Positions 36,901-51,900 of a stretch of 64,000 nucleotides of DNA are shown in pieces. The notes under the pieces are model-generated. The model searched no databases. It worked only from the letters and a program-made list of their open reading frames with translations, and was not told where the DNA came from. The stretch's first letter is position 1, and every line of letters begins with the position of its first letter. Made by a program: the position numbers and the translations under genes. Source of the stretch: Phoronis australis (lineage: Eukaryota > Animalia > Phoronida); NCBI GenBank assembly GCA_002633005.1, contig NMRA01000310.1, forward strand, positions 314,624 through 378,623. The letters run 5' to 3'.

Positions 36901-39900
36901 TATAGCTCCTGATACATTTGCAGGAACTTAATGAACTTTTCCAGATGTTTTCTTATATGTGTGACAATGACTGCTTACAAGTTTTTGGATGGCTCTTACT
37001 ACCGCTTACTGTGCTCCCTAATGGCAATTTTAGTTTTTATGTTGTCTTTGTACCTTTGCAGATTTTCATGAAATTTGGCTAATAGTTTTATCTTAGAGAC
37101 AACGATGCCTCTTCCAATTTCGAACGGGTCTGACTTATGCTGCACCATCTAATGGACATTTTTGTGACACCAAAACACCCTTAGAAGCACCCTGTTTACG
37201 GTGCAGTCGTGGGCGCATTCCAACACTCCACATTGTTGTTATCTTTCATTCACTAGATGGCAGTAATCACTAAAAAAATACAATTGAAAGTCATACGGAA
37301 ATGTAGCATAGGTTTTACGCTAGTCATTGTTTAGGGTTTGAAATGGTTCATCAAATGGCCAAGATGTGGCTCTGCTTAAAGTGGAAAGTTGCTGCTAGTT
37401 GTTGTGTTATTTTGTTTTCAATTAAGACAAGTCAAGCTGTGGATATGCATTAAAAGCGAATGTACTTTTAATTAGCATTAAATTGAATATTTGCCATGAG
37501 TACCATGCAGTCATATCAAATTTGCAGTTGCTGTGTTGGTTGTAATGGCAATAGTCTGATGTAATGTGCCCGTATTTTGGGAACCAGTTTGATGCCCGTT
37601 ATTCAGTGGAGAAAATGTTTTTGCTTCAACCTTTCTGGGTATTTGCCACAAGGTGGCGTTACTTAAAAGGAGTTGTGTTGCTTTGGCCTAAGTTTCGCAA
37701 CTTTGCTGTTACCTTTGCTGCTCTCGTTAATTTCAGGTTCTAACACGTGTCATGCTTCAACCAGCAGGAACGGAAGTGTTGACTCGGCAAACAACTTGGT
37801 AAGTGGAGGAAAAGAATTTTCTATTTGCAGTTTGATAATTTAGTGAAAACCGCCTCTTGTAGCGTTTTGTAAGTTATTACGCCCAATTTGATTTGCTGTT
37901 CATTTTAACGACTACATAATGTTCCACGTTCAGACACCAACCTTCACTGTATCTCTAGATTCTGGATGTCACGCTGTCTGGTTTCCAAATTGTCATGGCT
38001 TCCCTGCTTGATCATTTCTTTAAAGATCCTGTCTTAGCAGATAACTGTAGCGCAGAATCGAACCCACCAGACGAAGGCTCTGGCACTGAGCCAAATACCA
38101 CATGTTAAATTGTGAAGTAGTTTAAGTGTGTTTAAAGGGTAAATACATCAGCCTGTCTGGCAGACGATTGCATGAAAACTAAGGTAATTTTTTATAAAAT
38201 CACAAAAACAAAAGATTTTATTGTTTTATAGTTCTGATCAAAGCTAATAACTTCAAGAAGTTTATCCCATCCAATATTAATCTTGAAATGCATTATTTGG
38301 CCGTGAAACCCATAGTGTCACCTTCAGAAGTTTTAACTCATGTTTAAAATCAGTTTTTCAATGATGCCTACTGATCACTGATTTAAGACGTCTACACTCA
38401 ATTTGTAATGTAGCGAAAAATTTGTATCAACCATCGTGGTAAGACATCCAATGATAATTCTTCGGGTAGTTCATACAATGTAATAAATATTGCAATGCCT
38501 ATCACGTGTCTTAGTAAAAACAACCACGGTTTTAAATCGACTTGTCAATGACATGTTTTGGTGTCATTTATTCAAACACCATCATCATAAGAGAGAATGC
38601 ATTGGCCACCTAGCTAGGCCCAGCAACAAGTAATGAAGCACAGATACAATCAGTTACAGGGAGTGACAATAAACTAGACCAACAATGACAACCTGTGGTG
38701 TGTCAGTTGCCTGTTGAAATTGGGCTTGCACCAACTGATGTGTAGAGCCTCAGGACTTTTAAGCTCCTTTGTTGTTTCTGCCTGGTCTATTATTGCAAAA
38801 TAAATTAAAGAGCACTGCTGATAACAATGATTGGAGCTCTGTAGATGAATATCTATGTGTGAACCTGGCCTATATAACTGGAGCAACATCCAGCACAGAT
38901 AAATTTGCCTAGCTAGGTGACCACTGTAATCTCTCTTCTGATGATGGTGTTTTAATAAATGACACCGAAACATGTCAAGTCGATTTAAAATCGTGGTTGT
39001 TTTTATTAACATATGCTGATACTTGCTATCATGGAGGTCTATCACGTGTCCATTTTTTTCTTAATAATTAGCACACCTCGATTAACATTCTAATAGATAT
39101 TTCGTAAGGAAACTATGTAAAACAATAAGAAAAAAGCTGTGTGCATTTAACTGATGATTTACTGTGCCGCTCGTTCTACTCAATAAATTGATTCGTGGCT
39201 CATGCACGCAATTTTGCCAATCACCTTCTGCCCCTATACTCAAGTACGTTTAGTTGCCATGCTGGTATAGTCTGCACCCATCCGAATAAACAATATTCAC
39301 CATATGTTATTTAACAGGCTGAGCATCAAATGTTGAGTTGACACAAGCACCTGGTGCTCTTTTGCAAAATGTCATCCCTAGCCTCTGTGCTAGTTACCTT
39401 CACCAGGTCATAATTAGTGACAGGTCACAGCTGACTTTTCTTGTCTGTTATTTAGAACTAATACACCATAAATTAAAAATTGCGTATCAGTGAATCTCTA
39501 AAATAAAGCAGTGTGTTCTACTGACTGACATTTTAATCGCTGTATGTACCTGATGCAGTTCGACAGCTGGATATAACTGGGTAGATACAATAAGGTAAAA
39601 CTTGACTAGTTTATTGAAGTGCATATTTATAGTTTGTGATTGAAAATGAATGTGACTGACTTCTACACAACACCTTAATGCTATATTAACTTCACGAAAT
39701 AATATTAAACCAATCAAATTTGATAAACAAAACCAGAGTCTTCTATGACCAGTCCTATTTGTAAACAAAAAATTATTCGACTTGCTGACAAAGGGACATG
39801 GTTCTTTTTGTTTTTTGTCAGATTTTGGCGACAGGAACTTGCGGTGGGAGGTTTTAGATCCTGCTGATGGGTGTTGCGTGCAACAGAATGTCAAAATAGC

Positions 39901-42900
39901 TACGCGGTTACTATTACTAAATGTGATTGTGGACTTAGTTAAGGGGCATGACTTAAGTGACTAATACAATATTGTACTGTTATTCCTGAGCAAACAGTGA
40001 TTGATTGACCTTTTATTTTTTATCTCTTTTCTTTATTTCCCCTTTTGACATAGTTATATTCGTGTCACGTTGGTCGTAGTAGTGTTACTTTGATGTGCCT
40101 CAAGTGTTGTTGACCTAAATGAGATTTGTTTTCCCCCTCGATAATCCCAGTCTGAATAATGTGGACCATAGACAGTACTCTGTTTAATCCACATGGAGGG
40201 TTATCTGTGCAACTAAGAACATTGGGTAAAATTGCATGAAATTGTAATTTATTTAAATATACCGTGTGTAGTCAACTGATTTAAGGTGTCAAACACCGAA
40301 AATCAGGTGTGTTTCCTTAAAGTTTGGGGAATTTTCACTGATTCTAAAAGACATAAAGTTTAGTAAAAGAAATTGTCAAGAAAATGAATATGAAAAAAAT
40401 ATTTTCATGAGGAAAAGATCTCTTTGTTGTCAGCCAATTTGTGACTACTGTAGCTTCTCAGGACCCTGTTTCTATGAAATTTGTTTTGTGTATTAGGGTG
40501 TAGCCTATTAAAACCCGGCTGCATGATTTGAATTGTTGCAGGGTTACCATAGCAACAACAGCAGCGACCATGATAGCGACGGTGTGTTCAGGAACAACAA
40601 TATTATATCATCAAAGACGTTGAGTTCAGAGCAGAAAGGACAGATATTATTGGTGCGCAAACGGAGTATAGACCTGACACTGGCCAATCAGAGAAAGACT
40701 TCGTCTGACACAGAGTTGAGTGAGCGACCAAGGTATGAGTTGTCGTCTGCTGTTCCTATGGCCTGAATTTGTTTTGGGACATTGACCGCTTCGCTGTAGC
40801 ACTTCTAAGGCCGAGAGAGGTTATGGAACATACCGTTGAATGTTGTGCGAGTTTGTGTAGTCATGATAGCATAGGCCTGCTGGTATTTGGCTTCAAAAGT
40901 AGTTTTGCGGGTCGAGTTGACTTGTCTAGTTTTCAAGCAGAAGTTGACAAAAAAATTTTCTCACCCAAAAATATGTGAGCTTTCAAAGAAAAAATTTTTA
41001 GCTAATTTTCAAACTATTTAGTGTTATTTTTCATCTGTCTTTCTTCAGAGGTTTCATCATAATTTCAACGAAGCCAGACAAAGTTTGATGAAATTCGTTT
41101 TCAACTTTTGAAAACTACTGTTATGTTACAAAACTGAGTTGATATATTTTCTTTTGAAGTAACAGAAGTTTATAAACCCTGATGTGACCTAAAAGCCATA
41201 AAGTTCACTGCAGTTTATTGCCCTTTTGCGAACTCATTGGAACTCGCCATGAAGGCTTGACTGCGGTGCAATACATGGGCTTTTATCGCTCTTTTAGTAC
41301 TGTAGGGAATTTCTGGAAACTGGCTGCAAATTCAAAAATGGCTCATGTCGCCACACCAGTTTGCTTCTTGATTTACCGTAAGATGTCCATTTTGGTTGGG
41401 ATGTTAAAAAATCGAGGAAAAAGCTATAAAAACGTAACATCATGTGCATTTTTTAAGTCATTTGACATTTTTCTTCATTAATTACGTGATTAGCACAAAC
41501 TACCAATGAGGAAAATTAATGTATTATGAATTTGATTTAAATGCAATATTCTTACTTTGTGAGCAATTCGATTGTATCGTGGCTTGCGCTTAGTTTTGCC
41601 ATTGTCTAAAAAGTCTTTGGGGGACTGACATGCATTTAGTGTTGCTAGTTACAAAATGCAAATCAATTATATTAGATTTAGAATGTTTGTAATAAGGTGG
41701 CAGCTTATGCCAACCGCAGACTGAGATCTTCAAGCGATAACTGAGCTGATTGCTCGCTTCAAGGCGAGAACAATTGAATGCAGTAGTGGCTAATTCATTC
41801 AGTTGTTGTCTTACTTCCTGCCTGACGTAAGCTATCTGTTCAACTGTCGTTCACTTTAGGCGGACAGCTGTGCTCATAGCTCTCTGTCTTCGGTTGGCAC
41901 GTAGACAATTTTTGTTCTCGATATTGTTTTCATGGTGAATTTAGCAATGAAAACAAACAACAGTTGGTGCATATTAGCAGGATATGCTGTTGCATCATTT
42001 GTAGTATCAATACCAAATTTAAGTGTTGAGGTATCCATTTCCTCCGTTGCTTGTTGATGAAATCATGAAAGATTTTTCAAAACAATACTGTTTTACTGAC
42101 ATGATTGTCTTTTTTTCCATTTTAAATTCATCTTGATGGCAATTTTGGTGCCTGATTCTCGATTTCTTTGTTGATTTTGATTTTTTTACATCATTCTCTT
42201 GTGTTTCCTTCCTGCCCTCCCCTACCCCCTCTGGTGGCTGGACTCTCTCTGTGTGTTGCTTTAGGTCCCTCATTCTTCAACCCCTGACCGAGTTCATCTC
42301 AGGGCTGGGTCTCCCTCTACAGTTGGATGACGACTGTAATGCCAACAACACAGACGACAGCGTGTGCTTTGTATGTGGCCGCCATGATTGCCACGGTGAT
42401 GGTTGTCCCGAGAATCCCCTCGAGCGTAGCGACAATAAATGGCCTGAGGCCAGCCACTCCCTTACCAGGTAGTGACATCATCACTTGTCCGCTTGCTAGA
42501 TAAGCTTGTTATTACCTTTGCATTCCAGCTTTTCACCTGTTAATTATCCAGTTTTAAGGTAATTAACTGTCAACACTTGTAGAATTTTTAAAAAAATGCA
42601 TTATATGAATATTGTATAAATTTAAACTTATTATTGATGGGCCTAATAAGCAAATCATTTTGGAAGATTTCAATCGATTTCAATTACGTTACAAATTTTC
42701 ATGGACTAATTCTAAACCTTTTGATTTTCGATGCTTTTGGCTGTTTGAACATCGATTTCTCTTTATTGTCAGTGTTACTGGTCACTTTTGAACTTTTACA
42801 CTTATTTAAAGTCTGTTGTCATGGAAACTATATATCAGATTTTTGATTTTACTAAAAACTAACAAGTTATGGGCTATAGGTAGATCAAAAATATGAGACA

Positions 42901-45900
42901 CGGTTCTCTGTGTACTGAAAGTAAGAATAGTTAAAACATGAAGTGCACTGCAATTTATTATTTTAAAATTCATATTCACAATACACAAGGGCAATTTTCA
43001 TGTGATAGTTATTTGGCGATTGTTTCATGCTCGTACTTCACAATTGCAGAAAAAAGTTTAGCGAAGTAATTTATGCAACTTTAACAAAACTGTAACTAGC
43101 ATGTATGTGTTAATCTCAGAAACTTTGTTCTTGTGTGATTTAATTGTTTCTCAAAAATAGTGGTGTGGAGCATAAGACCACATTTTTGATTTAAGTCTCA
43201 AGTCACGTTTCATGATGCAGCCCCCCCTGGTGGTTTCTTGTTTAGTCATTATTATTTTAGTTTTAGTTTTAATTTTGGCTGATTACTTTTGTCTTGTAAT
43301 GTAACTTAATCTACCTGTCATTATTATTATTTGTAGCAGTCTCATTTATGTCTTTCCGTCCAAGTGTTGTGGATGGTTGAAGACATCAACAGTAAAAATC
43401 AGGGACCTCCAATGATTTAAAAACTTTCCCTTCATTGGAGTGAAGTTTCACGGGATTTTTAAATATTTTTCACAGGTGAACGGGACCAATATTCAGCCAC
43501 AGAACAGTCACCAAGTCCATGAAATTTAACCAATTAAAGACGCAATGTGACCAACAAGCGAAATTATTGTGTTTTTAAGTTGTTTTTTGGTGAAAGTTGC
43601 ATTGGACGTAATTAATGCTTTTCCATGTTCAAGTTCTCTATCACAGCTACCATTAGGCGATGTTTTGAAAAGAATGCGACCATTCACAACAATTTTGGAA
43701 GCACTGGATAAACGAAAAGGAGCCATTTTGATTGTAATCTTTAAAAGTTGGTGAGATTTTTCTGCACCCAGATTGAAAGAGTAACATAGAAATAGGTTAA
43801 ACTTTCAACTGAGTACTCCGCCAAGATTATTTGAAGGTCATTTGGTCAAGCAGGTGGTGTCCATGAACTTCACCGCTGATATTGCAGTGGATGACTGTTT
43901 CCCATTGACGGTTGGACAGTAATATCATGTTGCCCTTTACAGTTCATTGTCGGTTGGACAGTAATATCATGTTGCCCTTTACAGTTCATTAAGTAGTCAG
44001 TCCGCGTCAGGTGATTCTGCTATTGACCATGATTGGACAGCGAGAGTGACTGATATGGAGAAAGAGCTCATGTAAGTATCACCGATCAGGAAGGCTACGG
44101 TAAAAATCCTTCAGTTTTTGGCACAGTATGGCGGATAGGTGAAATTTTATTGTGTCGAATTTCTCAACAAAAATAAGTTTTCAGGAAAATCTGCTTTGCT
44201 TTTAGAATTGCTTGTATGGAGTAGATGCAAAATTTCGAGCATTTGCAAGCTTCTGGAAAATAGAAATATGACAGTTTTAGCAACTTTTTGTCCCAAATTG
44301 AAGAATTTTTCTATGACCGTATGGGTCAATGCACATCGTTAACACTGTCAGCTAAACCTGATAGCTTTTACACAGGACTTTCGATGTTATCAGTGTCTGT
44401 CATCGATATTAATGTAATGTAATGTAATGTAATGTAATGTAATGTAATGTAATGTAATGTATTGTAATGTAATGTAATGTAATGTAATGTAATGGTATCT
44501 CAATCATACATAATGATGAGACTAACTTTTTTATAGATTTTGAAGACTGTTGTCACTAGTTGCCAGTGCCATTAAATTTATATTATGAACACAATACAGA
44601 ATTACTGCTTTTGCCATTCACACGGGGTTATAACCATTTCAAATGCGTGGTAAACCACCTTCACAGATTGTTATGACCACGCTACAGTGATAACCTTTAG
44701 AATTTGTTTTAAACTGTTCACAGTGAGAGTTGTATCTTTTAACCCGTGTTTTTAAAAGTTATAACCAAATTTAGGTGTGAGCATTACAAGAGGAAACAGT
44801 GCTGAACTAAAAATCCTGATTGTATATTTAAGATTGGGTGCATAACTACCTATGGGGCTTCAACAAAACAAAAACATTGGGTTAAGGTACTATGAAGCTG
44901 AGCATTGGGGCTCACTTTGATGAATATGGTTATCTTGTATTTAAAGACTTATGACTGCAAAATGTGTTAGAAAGGTACTGTTTAGTGTTTCAAGGTTAAT
45001 TTTGCTAGAATGTTACGGTGGTGTTGTAAACATCGGTTGGGGGTGGGAATGGATGTGGGCGTGTGTGGTATGGTGTGGGTGGGTGCGTGCGTGCGTGAGT
45101 GTTTAGACAATCGTAACTGTTATAAATTTGATTACATTGTTCTTGCAGGGCTACGAAATGTGAACTGGCTAATTTGAAGAACCGAGAGACTCAGTACAAA
45201 GACATGATAGTGGAAAGAGAGGCCATTATAGTTGATCTGAGCGAGATGATTGAGAGGTTGCAGAACAACATTAAAGACAGTAACAAGTAAGTTAAAGTTG
45301 TGCGAAAGTTGGAATTAATTTGTAAAATTATAAAAGTTAGGGTTTTTGAAATTTTATATATCGTGAAAATGTTAAATGAAATAATTGCAGGATGTCTGCT
45401 ACATGTTGTACCTGAAGCGAGCAGGTTGCTCAGGTGGGCCCATCGCACTTGTCACCTAGAACCATTTTTATGCTTTAATAACAGAGAAGCTAGAAGCCTA
45501 TCTCAAGGGTCTAGCAGTATGCCACAGCGGGACTCAAACCCACAACCTTGAGTAATGGAAGCAGACACTTACGCCACTAGGTGGCACTGCCTTCTGTGTA
45601 ATTACAGCAAATGGACAGGTGGAGTTTTGTGGAGTTTAAATTCTTGTGAATAAAATTTTATTTTTTAAAAACTTGATGGGCTGTAATCCCGCCTGCTGTC
45701 ATGGAAACTAGCTTTTGATTTCTGTCATTTACCATTATAAAATTGATCTCAAATTGTTTCTTAGTCAAATTAGAGATGATATCTGGGCCCTAACAGAACT
45801 GACAGTTTGTTATTTATTAAGATCAAGTTAGCTCGTCGCGGCACATCACTTTATGCTCTACTCATGGTCTTGACGAATAAGAAATGATCAGATCTTTGCA

Positions 45901-48900
45901 ACCAATCAAATAACTTGCCATATCAGTAAGTTGAAGCTAAGTTTACAGCGATAAGTGGTGTAAATCAAACGTTTGCTTCTTAGACGGACTGCAAGTTTAT
46001 GGTGGCTTGAAAGTGGTTCAGAATCATCACGAGATTACAATTTAGAGTTTTATTGCAGGGGCCTGTATCACTATAACGTTTTTTTTACATGGAATCTAAA
46101 TGCAGACTACACCAAAATTTACGACTGTTGAGACTTTAGATGTAAATATGATGCAAGATTACAACATTTTAGTGACACAGGGCACAGCAGTGTATTTTAA
46201 AGAAGGTGGATATTGTGATTAATGTCCTTGACCTGCGAGGGTGTACCTTTATCGTCTAGACCAATCAGGTATTTTGGTAAATACTAACTACACCTAAACC
46301 CTTTGATCTGTGACATTGTCAGATACCATGTCTGGTCGATAGTCAGCAGCGAAGTACACGTGACGTCATTTTTGTGAAAGTTTGACCTCGCTATTTCCAG
46401 TCTTAATTCTGATTTATTGCCCACTAGTTTTTTTTTTGAGTATTTTCAAAGCTGTTCATTTATCTCTACATAATTTCTTTAAAAGTCTGTTTTCCGTTAT
46501 CCTTGAAAATATTTGCCATTTCGCTCCGGGTGACTCTGAGCTCAGTCCACTGGGGTAGGTTGTTAACACAACCGTTAACTAAGACCCAGCATGAGAACAT
46601 CTGTATGCCAGGTCAATGACAGTGGTGATTTTAAATGAAAATGGAACTATTTTAAATTGTGGAGAGAGTATCTGGCACTTCTGTACCGCTAGCTTTGTTT
46701 CTTGGTAGTGATGCGGGGTGTTACAATTTTATTTATTCCACTATCAGGGGTCCCATAACAAAAAAATCCAAGTACTGAACTTAAGGACTCTTGTACTTCT
46801 TTATTCGGGAAGTCGAATTTTTGTGTGCTAAGTAATGCCTAAGATTTTCCGGGAAGCATATGGTTACACAGCAAAGTCTTGTTGTGACAAATTTAAGCAG
46901 TCACTCTAAAGTCCGCGGCAATTAAATGAAATGTGATAACATTAACTTTACTAGCATTATTACAATTCTACGGGAATGTGTACCTTGTTTAATATGGATA
47001 TGTAGGTGTATCTTTGGCAAATGTGGCCGATTTTGACCAAAAACATACCGTTGTGGTCGACATAAGATAATTAAAAATTAACTATCAAAATTAAATGAAA
47101 AAATGCAGCAGTTGAAATAGCCGAATGCTCAGGCTCATTCCACCCTCAGACGGCCAGACGACTGCGAAGCTGTTAGCGTTAACAAAGTGCTGCACACAAT
47201 GTTAAGTGGCCGTCTGTAGAAAAAACCTACCCCAGCTACAGACGGATGGACGAACGCTGCACTTCAGGCACTGAGCAGAATGACTGTGTAATGTTTTTGT
47301 CAAATTTTGCAGTTAAATTTTGCTCGCATTTAGGCTGATGTTTGGCTAAGTCAACATCCTACTACCCAGTATGTTGCGTTGCCTTTTCAGATTAGCAGAG
47401 TCAAATAACGTGCTGCGGCCGACGTCACCTGTTGACAGAAAGCTGCAGGAGAAACAACGCGTGCTGCAGAACCAGAACCGGTTCTTAAATGAAGAAGTAC
47501 GTCGCTTGGCCACCAGGAGGCACCAGGAGGTGGAGAGATCTCAGGAGTTGCAGAGGTGAGTTGTTGGAGAGACAGTCGCGAAGCAATGTTGACTAGTAAT
47601 ACGAAACTGACGAGTACTCTTGCCATCGGGGTCAGATTCTTAACAAATCTCTTTTGTTGGCGTGATGTCAGTAATATTTTAGTCGAATGAATTTTCATCA
47701 TGGACTCCATTGGTATCGAAATGTGTCATGATGTTCATGATCATGTCGCTTCAGTCATCGCTCTAGGATCCCTTGATGGGTTTGAAAGGTACGATTTTTT
47801 CAAATATATTGACTGTTTTCAATAACTTATATTGAATATTTCAGTATCATCTCCTACTGTAATTCTTTGTTTACTTACCACACAGCATTCCCGACAAGTG
47901 AAATTCTATTTTGTTCAATTTCTTCACTAAAGTAAAGATTAAAAGCATTTCAGCCTGTTTCGAGCTTGGTTTGCAGTGTTTATATCATGAAACAACATTT
48001 TGTTAAAATTCACATTATTTGCAAAAAAGTAATCGACCATTGAAAAAATGTAAAAATGACCATTTTGCCATTTATTGCATGTGAAATTGGCAGAGAATCA
48101 CCGTAAGTGATCAATAATGTGGTGATGTGTGATCAAACTCCATTTTCTCCTTCAGCTGTATCCAAGCTTTGGAAGCTGAAGTTGAGAAGTGGAAGCGAGA
48201 CTATGTCTACTTGCTCCAGTCAACTGTGACCATCCCTCTGACGGACTGTAATGACGACATGGAGGTCAACTTACATGGGGGGAATAGGGTAGGTTATAGT
48301 AGGGTCAAGTATGAGTCACTTGGGGGGTATGATTCTTTCGCTGCGGTGATGCTGTGTTAGCCCGCCTCCTTTTGTTTTTATGTTTATCTCTAGGGATAGG
48401 TTTCAAAGGACTGAGAAATAGCATTGTGGTGAGTTATAAAGAAAATTTTGAGTGTTTCATCTCTCATGCTGTCGAAATGCACTTGACTTGGCAAGTAGAA
48501 GCTTAGGTCTGTCACATGCTAGAAATTTGGTGGAGTTTTCGTAGATGAAGCTTCTTGCGAGAAAAACTAGGTCATGTGAGGCTACACAAAATTGCTTAAG
48601 TGAAAGACAGTGTGTTTCGTAAGTAAGCTCAGGCCCTTACTTGGATACACAGTCTTGCAAAACGACTGCCACAGATTGGTCGGCACTGCTGGAATTTTGA
48701 ATTCTGAATTAAGCGAAGATTTCTCGCTGAAAGTGTCATGATGCATTCACATGACGCAGGTCTTGTTTTGTATTGTGTAAACTGACAATGACACCGCTTT
48801 CATCGAATACCTTGTGTGTCTTTGAAGAGAATATGAAGTGTAAACTCAAATCCATGATATGTGTAACGACCCACTTAGTGTCTAGTCATTCAATGTTAAT

Positions 48901-51900
48901 ACACAAACTAACAGTCTAATAACGCCCTGTTTTGTCCACAGCACAAAGAAAGGATCCAAGCACTTCTGGAGAGTGCCAGAAAGACTAACCCTGGACTGCC
49001 CACGTTTGAAAGGTATACGGAATATAACTGTGTTAATTGCTGATATACGAAAGCTATAAAAATTTGGTATTGGTGGCATTGGATGTATTCAAGCAAGAGA
49101 CCACCATATGTTAAATTTTTGTCTAAAATGGCGATCGTTTCTCATTATATTGGCTGTTGTAAGTTGCTCATAAGAAGCTTGAGAGAATATCCAAAGAACT
49201 GTCATGGAAACAACTGTGCAGCAGATTTGAAACAACACTGTTTTGTGTGTTGGGTTTTTTATTTCTAAGTAAACGCAGCACCACTTTGTGTGTAGTATTA
49301 TAAATTGTAAACATAAATTTGTGTTTTCGTATTAAATGAAAAAATGCTTCTATTGTCAATTAATTTGTATCTCTTCATTCGCTCTCAATTACCATCTTCA
49401 ATTATTAGAGAATCTCTCAACATTCCAGACACAACATGGAAACACATTTTCTCAGTTTTCGTTTAAATGATGTAAATATTCCCAAATTCAATACTTTACC
49501 AAAAGTTCTGCGCCATAGTAATCAACTTTCTGTAATTCATAACAATGTTATAATCCCATAAAAATTAAAAGGGGTAATTTTCACACTAATGTTTGTACAC
49601 AATTGGCACACATCACCTTACCATTGCAGCTATCTTCTCACCTGGAACCATTTGTTAAGCTGTGTTTAATTACACAGTCCAACTAAGAAAGTTGTATAAC
49701 TCAGAGCAAGGTTCACAAAGAACTGCTTTCACTGACCTTGTATGTCAATTTCAAAAGACCTATTGTGTGTGAACAACACTCAAGATTTACTACCATCTGT
49801 AAAATTCTAACTAGAGCCTCTAGTTACCCGATCCAAGCTCAAAATGCATCCATTCCTGCAGGTTGTCGAAGTGTAATGTGCACGTGGACTCTCACGGCTT
49901 CCGACACAAGTACCAGGACGACGGCCTCTTACTACACTACATATGTCAACAGCTACATCAACACTACACAAGTCAACTGGCATCACATGAGGAACATCAG
50001 CTGCAGTGGAAGGACTTCCTCAAGTCCAGTGTCACTTTTAAAAGGACGGTGAGACGCTTCACATAATTATGAATAATATGTAGAAAATTAAATCAATAAC
50101 TGGACTTACGGATTGAGTTGACTACGTTGCGTCCTCCTCGAGGAATTCGGCAGGCCACTGAGATGTCACGTGACTCATCATGTGATCGACAACACAGTTT
50201 GCGGGGATACTCTTTAGTGCCCTATCCCACGATCTTGGCAACAGAAACCTCAGGCTCCCTTGTCTGTTTAAGCTAGGATTCTCCACTCATTCGTATATAG
50301 CTTCCTTGACCCCTCTTCTGAACCAATTTTCCTCTCTATTCTGAATAGAGAAGAAACTGTTACCATGTACGTATTCTGTCTGTTTTGCAGAAGGAACTCA
50401 AACTCTTATGCAGACGTGGTGTACCGCCACAATACCGTAGTGATGTGTGGACAAGACTGGTGAGGGCCCGTGTGGATGACATCATGAAAGACAAGGGTCC
50501 GTACTACTACAGTAACCTGTGCAACAGTGTGCTGGAATCTCAGGTAGATTGTTAGGAGCTTTGAGAGATGATCAATTAAAACGTCCAAAGCATGAAATGA
50601 TATAAGATGTTTGTGGTAGCGAGAGATTGTCTAAATTGTTGTGAAGAATGTAGTATTTGGCTTTGGCTTGAAAAAACTGATATCAATTCAATACTACGGG
50701 CACTACTGAAATCGATTGTTCATTCTACTTTTTGTATAGAATGTGCAAGAAGACAGGGTTTTCAGTCTGCTCATGGTTTTAATACGAAACAGCTGACTGT
50801 TCGTGATGTGCGCTGTTAGTTACAGCAAATGTTGCCTGTAGTCCAGAGCTGTGGTGATATTATGTGTGTGTGTCCAAGCTGAACGTACAATGAATATGCA
50901 TCTCTCAGGCAAACAACTTTGAGTCGTCCTACAGGACAGGACCAAGTTCAAGTTGTACACCAAAGCAAACTGTTTGCAATCCTCCTCATGGAGTTGCAAC
51001 CCAATTGCAGCTGTGGGGCTTCTGTTATAGGGCAGGATTGTGAAGGCAGCCTGGATTTTGAGAGACTTGTTTGCTAGGCAATAACGTTTGATTATCTTGT
51101 GAGACACCCCCTGCTGTTTGCTTCCAGTTTGCTGCTCGCTACCGTAAGCAGATCTCCCTGGATCTCCTGAGGACCATGCCCAACAATGTCCATTTCTCTT
51201 CACTCTCATCAGATGGCGTAAGTAGTGTTAACAGCCTACACTTCCAAACACTGGGCCGGTGGATCCAGCTTCCAAACATCTATGGGTCATTAATTTCACT
51301 TGGTGTTCAAGAAATTGGTACAGAAATCATCTGACTAGCATCGAGTTCAACGCACAATCTATGTATTTCGGGGTATTTGAGGCAAATCTGAAAGTACTTT
51401 AATCGGCGAAATTGAAAAAATGTGACAATAATTAAGGATTGTTTGTTTATTCTAATTCTCAAGTTGTATTTCTTCCAACTTATCAATATGTGCGTCCAAG
51501 GTGTTGACCCATAAATAAAAATCGAAAAGCAGGTTTTAGCTTGGTTGCGTCAAATGGTGCGAAAACGCTGTCTCTGGTGAACAGTTGGTATGTGGAGTAC
51601 ATAGTGGTACTGAGTTACTGATGTAAGAAGAAAATGTTTGGCTCACCCTGTAGACTTAGCACAACTCTATGAAGAGATACCCTCTCGTATCCTTGCTGTA
51701 ACTGTATCAAGATGTCATGATCAGTTCTTTTAAATTTACTTTCAGAAAGTGTGTTGGGTTGAATAATTCTTCATATTTTTAACTTGTTGTGTAATCGAGA
51801 ATTTGAAGTCAGTTTATTTTTTATGTTGATCTTTCTGATTTTACAATTTAAATAGAACTGTTTTTGCCAACCCTACTGAAGTGAATGGATTATTTTTAAT

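Noticed and set aside
45490-45591. Possible tRNA gene
   Set aside because: A/B-box-like motifs are degenerate, no proper cloverleaf, followed by SINE core-like sequence
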